Of a DNA stretch of 64,000 nt, positions 1 through 9,018 are shown in pieces (positions within the stretch are counted from its first letter, which is position 1; each line of letters starts with the position of its first letter). The notes beneath the pieces are model-generated. The model ran no database searches, was not told the DNA's origin, and was given only the letters and a program-made list of their open reading frames with translations. Source of the DNA: Oligoflexia bacterium (GTDB lineage Bacteria; Bdellovibrionota; Bdellovibrionia; JABDDW01); assembly GCA_043732305.1 (NCBI GenBank), contig JAYTHU010000075.1, positions 1-64,000 of the forward strand. The letters run 5' to 3'. A program made the position numbers and the translations under genes.

Positions 1-1
1 T

Positions 2-178
2 GCAGTTGCAGAGCCCGAAGTTATGGCCAAAGGTAAGAAGGATGAAGACGGAGCCCCTGCTAAAGGTGGTGCTGCCAAAGGCGGAGCTGCCAAAGGCGGA
101 GCTGCTAAAGCCGCTCCCGCTAAAGGTGCCGCTCCTGCTAAAGGTGCTGCGCCCGCAAAGGCTGCTCCTAAGAAGTAA
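2..178 (+). CDS. rplY: 3' end of 50S ribosomal protein L25/CTC, with low-complexity A/P/K/G tail (gene starts before the window)
   Basis: Frame 2 reads AVAEPEVMAKGKKDEDGAPAKGGAAKGGAAKGGAAKAAPAKGAAPAKGAAPAKAAPKK*. EPEV.AKGKK is the typical CTC C-terminus, and rplY-pth-ychF is a conserved gene order. Confidence 0.85.
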   Translation, partial: AVAEPEVMAKGKKDEDGAPAKGGAAKGGAAKGGAAKAAPAKGAAPAKGAAPAKAAPKK

Positions 179-199
179 TCTAGAATTTCAGTTATTCAG

Positions 200-230
200 A
201 AGGGCGGCGTAAAAATGCTGCCCTTTTTTT
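200..230 (+). terminator. Intrinsic terminator after rplY
   Basis: AAGGGCGGCG-TAAAAA-TGCTGCCCTT stem-loop followed by a T run. Confidence 0.8.
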
Positions 231-270
231 ATGGGAAAAGTATGATCTGTAAAAATATGTTGGCTCTCAA

Positions 271-849
271 ATGTGGATGATAGTTGGGTTAGGAAATCCG
301 GGGAACAAGTACCTGCTCACACGGCATAACGTGGGTTTCATGGCTTTAGATTATTTTGTCAAAGCTATGGGAGCGGAGCAATCCAAACCTAAAACAGAAT
401 CCAAAGCCTTTGTCACAACGTTCAGCGTCGATGGGCAGCAGATGATTTTGGTTAAACCTCAGACGTACATGAATCTCTCCGGCGAATCCGTTGGCGAAAT
501 CATGCGCTACTATAAAATCGAAATCCCCAATATAGTCGTGGCTCATGATGACCTCGATCAACCGTTTGGAAATGTTCGAATCAAAGCCGCCAGTGGCGAT
601 GGTGGGCACAACGGACTCAAATCTTTGATTGAACATCTGGGAACGAATGAATTTCCCCGAGTGAAAATTGGAATCGGCAGACCTCCTCACCCGGAGATGG
701 AAATTGCTGATTATGTGGTGCAAAATTTTTCTAAAACAGAACAAGCTGGTCTTCCAGACATTCTAAACACCAGTGTCGATGCGATCGAAAGTGTGATATT
801 TGAAGGCTTGATCACGGCGATGAACAAGTTCAACGGAAATAAAAAGTAA
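271..849 (+). CDS. pth: Peptidyl-tRNA hydrolase
   Basis: IVGLGNPG..Y..TRHNVGF, KPQTYMNLSGESV and GGHNGLKS motifs. Confidence 0.97.
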   Translation: MWMIVGLGNPGNKYLLTRHNVGFMALDYFVKAMGAEQSKPKTESKAFVTTFSVDGQQMILVKPQTYMNLSGESVGEIMRYYKIEIPNIVVAHDDLDQPFGNVRIKAASGDGGHNGLKSLIEHLGTNEFPRVKIGIGRPPHPEMEIADYVVQNFSKTEQAGLPDILNTSVDAIESVIFEGLITAMNKFNGNKK

Positions 850-892
850 AAACAAACTCAGAATCTCAAAAGTTTACGAAGGAAAATAAATT

Positions 893-1990
893 ATGCCTTT
901 AAATTGTGGAATTGTTGGATTACCAAACGTAGGAAAAAGTACCTTGTTCAATGCGCTAAGTTCCAACAAAGCGGAAGTTGCAAACTATCCGTTTTGCACT
1001 ATTGATCCTAACGTTGGCATTGTTCAGGTTCCTGATTCTCGTTTAGACAAAATCACGGCGTTCATCAAACCGCACAAAGTTATTTCCACTGCTATGGAGT
1101 TTGTGGATATTGCTGGCATTGTGGAAGGTGCAAGCAAAGGGGAAGGTCTCGGAAATAAATTTTTGAGTCATATCCGTTTGACTGACGCAATCATTCACGT
1201 GGTGAGATGTTTTGATGATCCCAATATTATTCACGTTGCCGGCAAGGTAGATCCTAACAGTGACATTGATGTCATCAACACGGAATTGATGTTGGCCGAT
1301 CTCGAATCGATCGAGAAGAAATACACAAAGACCGAAAAAATCGCTCGCGTTTCAAGTGATGCGAAACTCAAAATCGAATTTAATACTTATAAAAAAATCT
1401 ATGAAGCTTTGAAGGAAGGAATTCCTGCACGAGCAGTTGAGTTGACTGATGAAGAAAAAGTATATTCTCGCGACTTGCATTTGATAACTCAGAAACCAGT
1501 TTTATACTTGGCCAACACTGACGAAGATGGGATGAAGACTAAGAACCCATGGATTCTCGCCGTTGAAGAACGTGCTGCTAAAGAAAAAGCGCAAGTGGTG
1601 CAAATTTGCGGAGCCTTGGAAGCTGAGATTTCTCAACTAGAGCCCGTCGAGAGAAAAGAATTTCTGAAAGAAATGGGACTTGAAGAGCCAGGACTAAACG
1701 TCTTGATTCGCGGAGCCTATAAGTTATTGAACTTGATCACCTACTTCACGGCTGGAGTTCAAGAAGTCCGAGCTTGGACTATCATCAATGGAACAAAAGC
1801 TCCCGGGGCGGCCGGCGTCATCCACTCCGATTTTGAAAAAGGTTTTATTCGCGCAGAAACTTACGCTTGCGAAGATCTGTTCAAATACCACAGTGAAGCG
1901 GCCGTTAAAGAAAAAGGCCTTTACCGTCAAGAAGGCAAAGAATACATCGTCAAAGACGGCGACGTATTGTTCTTCAAATTTAACGTTTAA
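893..1990 (+). CDS. ychF: Ribosome-binding ATPase YchF (Obg family)
   Basis: GIVGLPNVGKSTLFNAL, ANYPFCTIDPN, DIAG...GASKGEGLGNKFL, C-terminal TGS domain. Confidence 0.98.
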   Translation: MPLNCGIVGLPNVGKSTLFNALSSNKAEVANYPFCTIDPNVGIVQVPDSRLDKITAFIKPHKVISTAMEFVDIAGIVEGASKGEGLGNKFLSHIRLTDAIIHVVRCFDDPNIIHVAGKVDPNSDIDVINTELMLADLESIEKKYTKTEKIARVSSDAKLKIEFNTYKKIYEALKEGIPARAVELTDEEKVYSRDLHLITQKPVLYLANTDEDGMKTKNPWILAVEERAAKEKAQVVQICGALEAEISQLEPVERKEFLKEMGLEEPGLNVLIRGAYKLLNLITYFTAGVQEVRAWTIINGTKAPGAAGVIHSDFEKGFIRAETYACEDLFKYHSEAAVKEKGLYRQEGKEYIVKDGDVLFFKFNV

Positions 1991-2762
1991 TATTTATCGC
2001 GACTTTGCCAGGCTTCCCGGCTTTTTTCAAACCATCGCTGAAAAGTTTTTTGCGAGTTTTTTCGGCTTTGGTGGCATCGGCGGCGGCATTTGCGTGCGCC
2101 CAAAAATAGAGAGCCATGATACTTTCATAAGATTTCCACCGAACGCCAAACTTTCGCAAATCTGCGGGAGTTGGCATTTTGCGCTTACGATAAAAAAGCA
2201 TGAAACCGTTGCGCACGCCAAAATCTAAAACGGGCCAAACATCCAAACGTCCCAATTGAAAAATGAGCAACATTTGAACAGTCCACTCACCCACACCAAA
2301 AGCCTGGGTGAGCCGGGAAATAATTTCTTCACTGGATAATTTCACAATCTCTTCGCTGGAAGGAATCAACCCGGACATAGATTTTTCTGCGATGTCTAAA
2401 ATCGCACGGGTTTTAGTTCCAGAAAATCCGCACAATCGCAAATCATCAGGGCTGAGTTTGAGCATTTCGTTCGGGGTTGGAAAATACTCAACGGAAACAT
2501 CTCCGCGAGGCGCAGATTTTACTGCCGTCGCTGTTCTGGCCTCCGCAGAAAATAACGCCAGCATTCGATTCAAAATTGCCGCTGCGGCTTTTCCATGAAT
2601 CTGTTGATGAGCGATGGCCCTAACCAAAGATTCAAATGGCTCACGTACAAATTCCGGTTCAAATTCGATGTCACCATGAAGTTTAAACAATTTTTTAAAA
2701 TCCTTGTCCTGCTTAGACAATGCGATCAGTTTTTTCTTAAAACGTGCTTTATAAGCTTTCAT
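1980..2762 (-). CDS. alkA: DNA-3-methyladenine glycosylase II family (HhH-GPD)
   Basis: PFESLVRAIAHQQI, LRLCGFSGTK, GVGEWTVQMLLIFQLGRLDVWPVLDFGVR. Confidence 0.88.
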   Translation of the reverse strand: MKAYKARFKKKLIALSKQDKDFKKLFKLHGDIEFEPEFVREPFESLVRAIAHQQIHGKAAAAILNRMLALFSAEARTATAVKSAPRGDVSVEYFPTPNEMLKLSPDDLRLCGFSGTKTRAILDIAEKSMSGLIPSSEEIVKLSSEEIISRLTQAFGVGEWTVQMLLIFQLGRLDVWPVLDFGVRNGFMLFYRKRKMPTPADLRKFGVRWKSYESIMALYFWAHANAAADATKAEKTRKKLFSDGLKKAGKPGKVAINIKR

Positions 2763-2843
2763 AAATTAATGTCCAGTGCGCAACCGCATGTAAAGGATAT
2801 AGGCGATCTTACTCAGTCAAAAAGCCCACAATCCCATTGCTTT

Positions 2844-2859
2844 TGGCACGAAAAGTGAA
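2844..2859 (+). promoter_or_regulatory. Possible sigma54 promoter (imperfect -12 element)
   Basis: TGGCACG-AAAA-GTGAA about 50 nt upstream of ORF 2911; -24 box perfect, -12 reads GA instead of GC. Confidence 0.4.
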
Positions 2860-2910
2860 CTGTTAACGATACATATACCAGAATGGCGACTGTCCACAAG
2901 GAGTAGAGTT

Positions 2911-3504
2911 TTGAAGTTCTTAATCTCAATAGCTTTAATATACGAAGCACTCGTTTCTGCATCTAGCCGTGCTGACAGTTCGAATTTCTACGATGGGTTA
3001 AAATGGCCGGATCAATTGAAACAATTCATTCCTGATAAATGCGCTGCGATGAGGGATCTTTCAAACAAAGAAATATGCGTGATTGGAAATAGAAATTCTC
3101 ATCAGATTTGGAGTTTTCACCAGATAGCAGATCCAACCATTCTCATTGCTTACTCGGAAAATCTTTTGAAGAAAAACGGCGTTGACATCTCTAACATCTC
3201 AACAATTCAGGTCAAAGAAAACCCAAATGACGACAATAAAGAAATTATCGTCAAGATCAAAGCAGATATTAAGCAAGGTACGTCGAAGATCGTTTGCACT
3301 ATTGACGGGGCAGTTTCAAAAGGAGCAACTACCATTCTAAATGGTTCAGGCTCCTGCCGGACATCCGAAGGCGATATCACCGTGCTTAAAGTTAACGGCT
3401 TCGGCACAGGCGATCAAGTCTCTCACAACGTGGAAGATTACCACCCACACCCACTCGATAAAAACACCGAATCAGTACAACTTTCGGGAATCCGCGTCAA
3501 CTAA
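2911..3504 (+). CDS. Hypothetical secreted protein with four Cys
   Basis: 197-aa ORF, RBS AAGGAG before TTG, hydrophobic N-terminus ending in ASSRA. Confidence 0.6.
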   Translation: MKFLISIALIYEALVSASSRADSSNFYDGLKWPDQLKQFIPDKCAAMRDLSNKEICVIGNRNSHQIWSFHQIADPTILIAYSENLLKKNGVDISNISTIQVKENPNDDNKEIIVKIKADIKQGTSKIVCTIDGAVSKGATTILNGSGSCRTSEGDITVLKVNGFGTGDQVSHNVEDYHPHPLDKNTESVQLSGIRVN

Positions 3505-3873
3505 GTCATCAAGAGACTCGTCCAGAACGATGTCACCGGCAACGAGTTTTGCCATTTCTATTTTTTCTTTGCGATGAGTAAGAAAATGTTCTTGGACTTT
3601 TTCTTTATTTTTTACCAACTGAATTTCCATTCGGTGCACGGCCTTATCAATAGCTGAATATAAGTCACCTTCTTCAGCCTCAGAACTCAGATGGAATTTT
3701 CCGGCATCGATTAAAATTTCCGCCTTTTGCAATCCACGCTTAGCTTCGAAAATAAAATGAACATTCATTTCTTTTTTCAGAGAATACTTGTCCATCTTTT
3801 CAATACGATTAGCGGCGTACTGCTCGATAGAATCCAAAGCTTCCATGTGTTTGAAAGTAAATTTATTTTGCAT
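3472..3873 (-). CDS. hpf: Ribosome hibernation promoting factor / sigma54 modulation protein
   Basis: DLYSAIDKAVHRMEIQLVKNKEK motif; directly downstream of rpoN; start moved to ATG 3873 after AGGAGG. Confidence 0.9.
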   Translation of the reverse strand: MQNKFTFKHMEALDSIEQYAANRIEKMDKYSLKKEMNVHFIFEAKRGLQKAEILIDAGKFHLSSEAEEGDLYSAIDKAVHRMEIQLVKNKEKVQEHFLTHRKEKIEMAKLVAGDIVLDESLDDLVDADSRKLY

Positions 3874-3970
3874 TTGCAGCCTCCTGGGTAGCTCCGGGTG
3901 GAGATTTATTAGACATCTAAGTCTAATATGCACTCTTATCGGCTAGAAGCAAGGGACGCCCGAGTTAATT

Positions 3971-5422
3971 TTAGAAGAATTTTTTACGTTTACTACTAGG
4001 CAAAATCCCTAGTATATCTCTATACTTAGCTACAGTGCGGCGCGCTATGTCGATGCCAGCCTGAGCACGTAAAAGTTCCACGATTTTTTGATCAGAAAGA
4101 GGATTTTTATTGTCCTCTTTATTGACCATTTCGCGGATTTTTTCTTTAACACTTTCGCTAGCCAACGACTCGCCATCAGTCTTATTGATTCCACTATTAA
4201 AGAAATATTTCAGCTCAAATATTCCTCGAGGCGTATGAACATACTTTGATGTAGTCACGCGACTGACGGTCGATTCATGCATACCAATGTCGCCGGCAAT
4301 ATCTCTTAAAATCATTGGTTTTAAAAACTCTAAACCTTTGTCAAAGAAATCGCGTTGATGACGGACAATACTTTCGGCAACCTTATAAATCGTTCTTTGA
4401 CGTTGATGAATTGATTTAATGAGCCAAACTGCTGAGCGTAGTTTTTCCTGAATATACTCTTTAGTCACTCCGCTAGAAACTTTTCCGGAGAGAACGTTCT
4501 TATAAAAATTAGAAATCCTCAAACGTGGGAGGCCATCTTCATTCAAAGAAACAACGTACTCATCGCCCACTTTATAAACGTAAACGTCGGGTGTGACATA
4601 CTGAGTGTCAGTGGTTGCGAAACTACGACCTGGCTTAGGCTCCATATCAAATACGATTTTACAAATCTCCCGTATTTCCGGAACTGGCTTTCCTAGCGCT
4701 TTGGAAATTCCTTCGAAATTCTTTTTCTCTAAATCTTTCATGTGATTTTTAATCACAAAAATAACGTCGTTGGTGTCTTCGCCCAAGACTTTTGCTTGGA
4801 CCAAGAGACATTCCTCTAAATTTCGGGCTCCAACTCCGGGAGGATCAAACTCTTGAACGAGTTGTAAGATAGATTCGAGGTCTTCATCAGTTAATTTTTC
4901 ATCGGGACAAGCCTCGCGCAAATCCACATTCAAATAACCATCATCATCAATGTTGCCGACAATTTTTGTGGCTACGCGCTCTTCTTCTTCGCTGAAACCA
5001 GACATTTTGATCTGCCACAAAAGATACTCATGCAAACTTTCATGACGAGTGATTAAATTTTCGTAGTTTTGAACTTCTTCATTATTACCGGTGCCCTGGG
5101 CAACAGTGCTTTGTTTAAAATTATCTTCAACGTAGTTTTCCCATTCGAACTCGCCTTCTTCTTTTTTGGGATCTTGCGCAGCAGCTTCATCGGGACTGGC
5201 TTCGGCCATGTCGAGCTGCTCTGTTTCTTTAATACCTTCATCATCGTCGGCGGAATCGGTTTCCATCACCTCTTCCAGAACCGGATTTTCTTCCAATTCT
5301 TTGGTGATCGTGGTTTCTAATTCCAAGCGAGACAGTTGCAAAAGCTTGATAGCCTGTTGCAGCTGCGGAGTCATACGCAGTTGTTGAGAAAGTTTTAAAG
5401 ACTGTTTAAGTTCGATAGCCAT
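3971..5422 (-). CDS. rpoN: RNA polymerase sigma-54 factor
   Basis: MTPQLQQAIKLLQLS region I, HESTVSRVT helix-turn-helix, RpoN box ARRTVAKYR. Confidence 0.98.
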   Translation of the reverse strand: MAIELKQSLKLSQQLRMTPQLQQAIKLLQLSRLELETTITKELEENPVLEEVMETDSADDDEGIKETEQLDMAEASPDEAAAQDPKKEEGEFEWENYVEDNFKQSTVAQGTGNNEEVQNYENLITRHESLHEYLLWQIKMSGFSEEEERVATKIVGNIDDDGYLNVDLREACPDEKLTDEDLESILQLVQEFDPPGVGARNLEECLLVQAKVLGEDTNDVIFVIKNHMKDLEKKNFEGISKALGKPVPEIREICKIVFDMEPKPGRSFATTDTQYVTPDVYVYKVGDEYVVSLNEDGLPRLRISNFYKNVLSGKVSSGVTKEYIQEKLRSAVWLIKSIHQRQRTIYKVAESIVRHQRDFFDKGLEFLKPMILRDIAGDIGMHESTVSRVTTSKYVHTPRGIFELKYFFNSGINKTDGESLASESVKEKIREMVNKEDNKNPLSDQKIVELLRAQAGIDIARRTVAKYRDILGILPSSKRKKFF

Positions 5423-5437
5423 TTTTTCAAATGCTCC

Positions 5438-6163
5438 TTAAAGTTTAAAATTTTCGCCCAAGTAAAATTTGCGAGCCACGTCGGACTCGGCAATTTCCTT
5501 GGCGGAACCTGTCACCTGGATTCTTCCTTCTTTGAGTATATAACCTCTGTCACAAATTCTTAAAGTCTCTCGTACATTATGATCGGTTATAAGAATGCCG
5601 ATGTTGCGCTTCTTGAGACCTTCAATAATAACTTGAATGTCTCCAACGGCGATGGGATCAATTCCTGCGAACGGTTCATCTAAAAGTAAAAAATGTGGAT
5701 TCCCTGCAAGTGCACGGGCAATTTCTACTCGTCTTCGTTCACCACCAGATAAGGAGTAAGCGTAGTTATTTCTCACGTGACCAATTTTGAAATCATTCAA
5801 AAGCTCTTCTAGCTTCTCTGATTTTCCTGAGCCTTCGTAACCGTGAGCTTCTAGACCTACAGAAATATTATCTTCGACAGAAAGCTTTCTAAAAACGCTG
5901 GGCTCCTGAGGCAAGTAACTGACACCCATACGTGCCCGCTCGAACATTGCTTTTTGCCCGATGCTTTGATTGTCGAGCTTCACGTCACCTTCATCAGGTT
6001 TAATCAGGCCAACAACCATGTAGAAGCTAGTGGTTTTTCCTGCACCGTTGGGACCGAGAAGTCCAACGATCTCACCCGAGCTGACTGAAAAGCTAACGTC
6101 GTTGACGACTTTTCTTTTTTTATAAGATTTTGAAATATGTTCGATAGTTAGCGTGCTGTTCAT
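5438..6163 (-). CDS. lptB: LPS export ABC transporter ATPase
   Basis: GLLGPNGAGKTT, YLPQEPSVFRKL, LSGGERRRVEIARAL, TDHNVRETL; upstream of rpoN. Confidence 0.97.
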   Translation of the reverse strand: MNSTLTIEHISKSYKKRKVVNDVSFSVSSGEIVGLLGPNGAGKTTSFYMVVGLIKPDEGDVKLDNQSIGQKAMFERARMGVSYLPQEPSVFRKLSVEDNISVGLEAHGYEGSGKSEKLEELLNDFKIGHVRNNYAYSLSGGERRRVEIARALAGNPHFLLLDEPFAGIDPIAVGDIQVIIEGLKKRNIGILITDHNVRETLRICDRGYILKEGRIQVTGSAKEIAESDVARKFYLGENFKL

Positions 6164-7131
6164 AGCGCTGAATTTCCTTCGTTATCTACTTTGGCTCGAG
6201 CGCGTCGCACTTGAACTGATTTCCCGCCATTAAGAATATGAATTTCTTCGCCTCGGAGCTCATTGTCATTTTGGGTCACGCGCGGATTTCCGCTCAGTAT
6301 GAATTCGTCTTTTTTGAATAGGACGCGGGCTTTTTCTGATGAAGCAAAATGCAGTTGATCAGTCACATGGACATCACCCTGCATGAATAATTCTTCTAGC
6401 GCTTTAGTTTGTTGATCGTATGAGAAATCGGCAACATCACCCGTCATGCGAATTGTTTCAATATCGACTTGAACCCTTTTTTCGAAGCGAGCTTTCTTAT
6501 TGATCCCAGTAATTCGAGCGTGATCGGATTTAATATTCATTTCTTTACCGAGGCTAATGGCACGAAGAGCTTTCACATCCTGTCGGAGATCCATAATATT
6601 TGTTTTCATATCAGCTTTGAATCCCCTTCCTGTCAGTTCAAAAATTCCTTCGCTCTTAGGTCCAGTTACATTGATGAAATCGTCAGTGGTGAGTTCACGC
6701 GTTTTAGAATTGAAAAATAAGGACTGACTCTTCATCACAAATCCATCGGAAGTTTCCATGACAACATTGCCGTAAACTTCCATGTTCTTAGTTTCAATTT
6801 CGATCGTGCCGGAATCTCCAGTCACTTTGTAAACCATGTTTTTAGTTCCATAATATCTCACGGTCACGCCTTGCATTTTCCAGGTGCCCTTTTCCTTGTA
6901 GCCTTGGGCATAATCGGCCTCGAGTTCCCACTCTTTTCCAGTGGCGCCGGTTTCAACCAGCTTCACTCCGCGCATGATTTGAGAAGTGGTAGAAATTGGC
7001 GAAACTCGCTTCTCTACTTTCTCAATTTTAACTTCTTCGGGCTTGCCAATACGTTTGGGCGCAAGAGTAATAACCTCCATGCCCAAAAAAACAAATAATA
7101 CCCCTAGTATCCAGCGTTTGACTTTTTTCAT
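6160..7131 (-). CDS. lptC: LPS export protein LptC with an LptA-like second jellyroll (probable fusion)
   Basis: N-terminal TM helix, KEWELEAD, GNVVM, C-terminal LSGNPRVTQNDNELRGEEI (LptA/OstA-like); only gene upstream of lptB. Confidence 0.8.
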   Translation of the reverse strand: MKKVKRWILGVLFVFLGMEVITLAPKRIGKPEEVKIEKVEKRVSPISTTSQIMRGVKLVETGATGKEWELEADYAQGYKEKGTWKMQGVTVRYYGTKNMVYKVTGDSGTIEIETKNMEVYGNVVMETSDGFVMKSQSLFFNSKTRELTTDDFINVTGPKSEGIFELTGRGFKADMKTNIMDLRQDVKALRAISLGKEMNIKSDHARITGINKKARFEKRVQVDIETIRMTGDVADFSYDQQTKALEELFMQGDVHVTDQLHFASSEKARVLFKKDEFILSGNPRVTQNDNELRGEEIHILNGGKSVQVRRARAKVDNEGNSAL

Positions 7132-7148
7132 TTATCACTCTGTTTACA

Positions 7149-7157
7149 ATTATATCA
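7149..7157 (-). promoter_or_regulatory. Extended -10 promoter for lptC-lptB-rpoN-hpf
   Basis: TGaTATAAT, ending 17 nt upstream of the lptC ATG. Confidence 0.6.
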
Positions 7158-7240
7158 CGCCGTTGGCACGCATTTCGTGGGTAATTATCACTAATTTGAG
7201 CTATTTGTTTCACGCGCTGCGCCGCCACCAGAGCTAGACT

Positions 7241-8224
7241 TCAGTCGACACAGCCAATCGCGTTCTGAATTTTCTTTTTCTTGGTAAAAGTCCTTAAACG
7301 TTCATTCGCGGTGGGATAATTGCTGTCCGGAATATCCCCTCGCAAGCAGGCGTTGATTTCAAAATAACTTAAAACTTCTGCCGCCCGATCTCGAAACTTT
7401 TGCGCATGTGTTTGCAAATAATTTGAAGTGATCTCAGCACCCTTTTGATCCGCAAAACTCTCTCGATGCAACATATCGCAAGCTGAACTTTCGGCTAGCG
7501 TGACTTCGACTGAATTGGAAGTTGTCTTTTCAAGCTGTCCGCAAACCAGCAGTCGCTCAATAATTCTGCGAGACGCGGCCGAAAGTACAATTCCTGTTGC
7601 ACCGGCATCAATATCCTCAAGTGCTTCTTTGGCAAAATGTTCAGAAGTATTTTTATCGATTCGACACTCTTGCAGTGGCGCAAGGTCTTTAATTTTGATC
7701 GCTTCCATAAACTGCGGCTTGTAATTGTAGATCACCAAGGTGCATGGATCCATCGAGTGGCCAATCTCATGAGCAAGAACTGGGACCAAACTTTCCAAAG
7801 GAAGATTCAGTCCTGCCTTACAAACGCGAACAGTGTTTTGATTGGCGTCATATTCTGCGTATGGGAGCAGGCTTTCGCATTGATTATTGGAAGGTTCGAA
7901 ATATTTCAATTTTATTTCGCCACGATTTGAACTTCGAGACAATTCCTTAAATAGCAGCCTAATTTTTTCTTCTTGAGCCGACGAAGGCGTCATTGATTTC
8001 TTTAAAATCCGTAAATTCCCGGAAGAGATTTCTTTACGATAAAGCTGCCGAAGAAAGACATAATTAGGAATGACCGAGCCATCGGAAAATGTTTTAAGAA
8101 TAGGATTTTTATTTGAAATCCACTGTGAGCAAAGGGCTTGAACTTTTTTTTTGCAACTCGGAAGATTGATGTTGGCAGACACGATTGTCGAGCTCAAAGC
8201 CACCGATAGAATTATTTTGATCAT
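7241..8224 (-). CDS. Secreted Cys-rich zinc metallopeptidase, M48-like
   Basis: Signal peptide, VLAHEIGHS (HEXXH), downstream ESFADQKG (third ligand) and YPTANERL resembling the M48 HP....R motif. Confidence 0.65.
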   Translation of the reverse strand: MIKIILSVALSSTIVSANINLPSCKKKVQALCSQWISNKNPILKTFSDGSVIPNYVFLRQLYRKEISSGNLRILKKSMTPSSAQEEKIRLLFKELSRSSNRGEIKLKYFEPSNNQCESLLPYAEYDANQNTVRVCKAGLNLPLESLVPVLAHEIGHSMDPCTLVIYNYKPQFMEAIKIKDLAPLQECRIDKNTSEHFAKEALEDIDAGATGIVLSAASRRIIERLLVCGQLEKTTSNSVEVTLAESSACDMLHRESFADQKGAEITSNYLQTHAQKFRDRAAEVLSYFEINACLRGDIPDSNYPTANERLRTFTKKKKIQNAIGCVD

Positions 8225-8277
8225 AGATTACTATCTTAAAGAAATTATCTTAGGGATAACAGTCCAGCAGCTTCCCT

Positions 8278-8293
8278 TGGTATATAAATCGCA
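8278..8293 (+). promoter_or_regulatory. Probable sigma54 promoter
   Basis: TGGTATA-TAAA-TCGCA with GG-N10-GC spacing, upstream of the next ORF. Confidence 0.5.
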
Positions 8294-8968
8294 TTGCACT
8301 GTGAACACACTACCTTGATTGCAAACGAAAGCGTGATGCCTATGAGCTACAAACTCGAACTTATTTTCATGACTGTCTCATGTTTCATCGGATTGGCATT
8401 TTCGAACTACGCGAGAGCCGATATTTTAAATCGATCGGGAAAACCGGTTCCAGGTGTTTATGAGGTCTCTGCGGGACAGCCACCTTATGAAAATTGGAGA
8501 ATAGTAAGAAGTCCGCTTCGTTTAGAAATTCTGACTCAAACAACATTTCGCATAAGACTTCTAGAAATTCATATGGGACAAGACGTTGACGTGTTTTTGG
8601 CTGGTAGAATTTTCAAAAACGGCGCGAAGACTGGAAACACGTCCAGATTCAATTTAGTTATTGATCGCGGATGGCTTGTGAGAAACCGCATCTGGACCAG
8701 TAGCCAGAAATCTGTGCCCTCTGAAATTTCGGTAGCTCCCCAAGACCTTATAAAAACTGTGCAGCTGGTCCTTGATGTTCAAAAAAGTAATTTTAAATTG
8801 ACTGAAAAATCACAACTTGTGATTATTCCTACTGATTTGAGCAGTCCAATGGCAAAGTTTATGTCAGGTGAATTTAAACTACTAAAAAGTAAAAAAATTT
8901 CGGACGATTGGTACAGCGATTTCAACTCAATTGAAGATGTTGCTTGTATCTCGAAACTGCAGTTTTAA
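8294..8968 (+). CDS. Hypothetical secreted protein (true start probably a downstream Met, e.g. 8342)
   Basis: 224-aa ORF with signal-peptide-like segment ending YARA; no recognisable motif. Confidence 0.55.
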   Translation: MHCEHTTLIANESVMPMSYKLELIFMTVSCFIGLAFSNYARADILNRSGKPVPGVYEVSAGQPPYENWRIVRSPLRLEILTQTTFRIRLLEIHMGQDVDVFLAGRIFKNGAKTGNTSRFNLVIDRGWLVRNRIWTSSQKSVPSEISVAPQDLIKTVQLVLDVQKSNFKLTEKSQLVIIPTDLSSPMAKFMSGEFKLLKSKKISDDWYSDFNSIEDVACISKLQF

Positions 8969-8975
8969 ACGAGTG

Positions 8976-9013
8976 ATTGACGCTCGCTCGCTACCAAAAG
9001 GAACCTGGTACCT
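8976..9013. repeat. Degenerate copy of the REP-like repeat
   Basis: TGACGC...ACCAAAAGGAACCTGGTACCT versus consensus TGACGC...ACAAAAAGGAAGCTGGTACCT; 5 nt from the exbD stop. Confidence 0.55.
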
Positions 9014-9018
9014 GGCGG

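Noticed and set aside
6..212. ORF-track 68-aa protein MQSPKLWPK...
   Set aside because: Wrong-frame shadow of the rplY tail; it runs into the terminator.
1788..2228. 146-aa plus-strand ORF
   Set aside because: Out-of-frame overlap of ychF and antisense to alkA; no motifs.
7164..7179. TGGCACG sigma54-like -24 box on the plus strand
   Set aside because: The -12 element is GT rather than GC, and no plus-strand gene follows.
8264..8283. CAGCTTCCCTTGGTA as an inverted partner of the 8976-9013 repeat
   Set aside because: Match is too short and lacks the GGTACC core; better explained as part of a sigma54 site.
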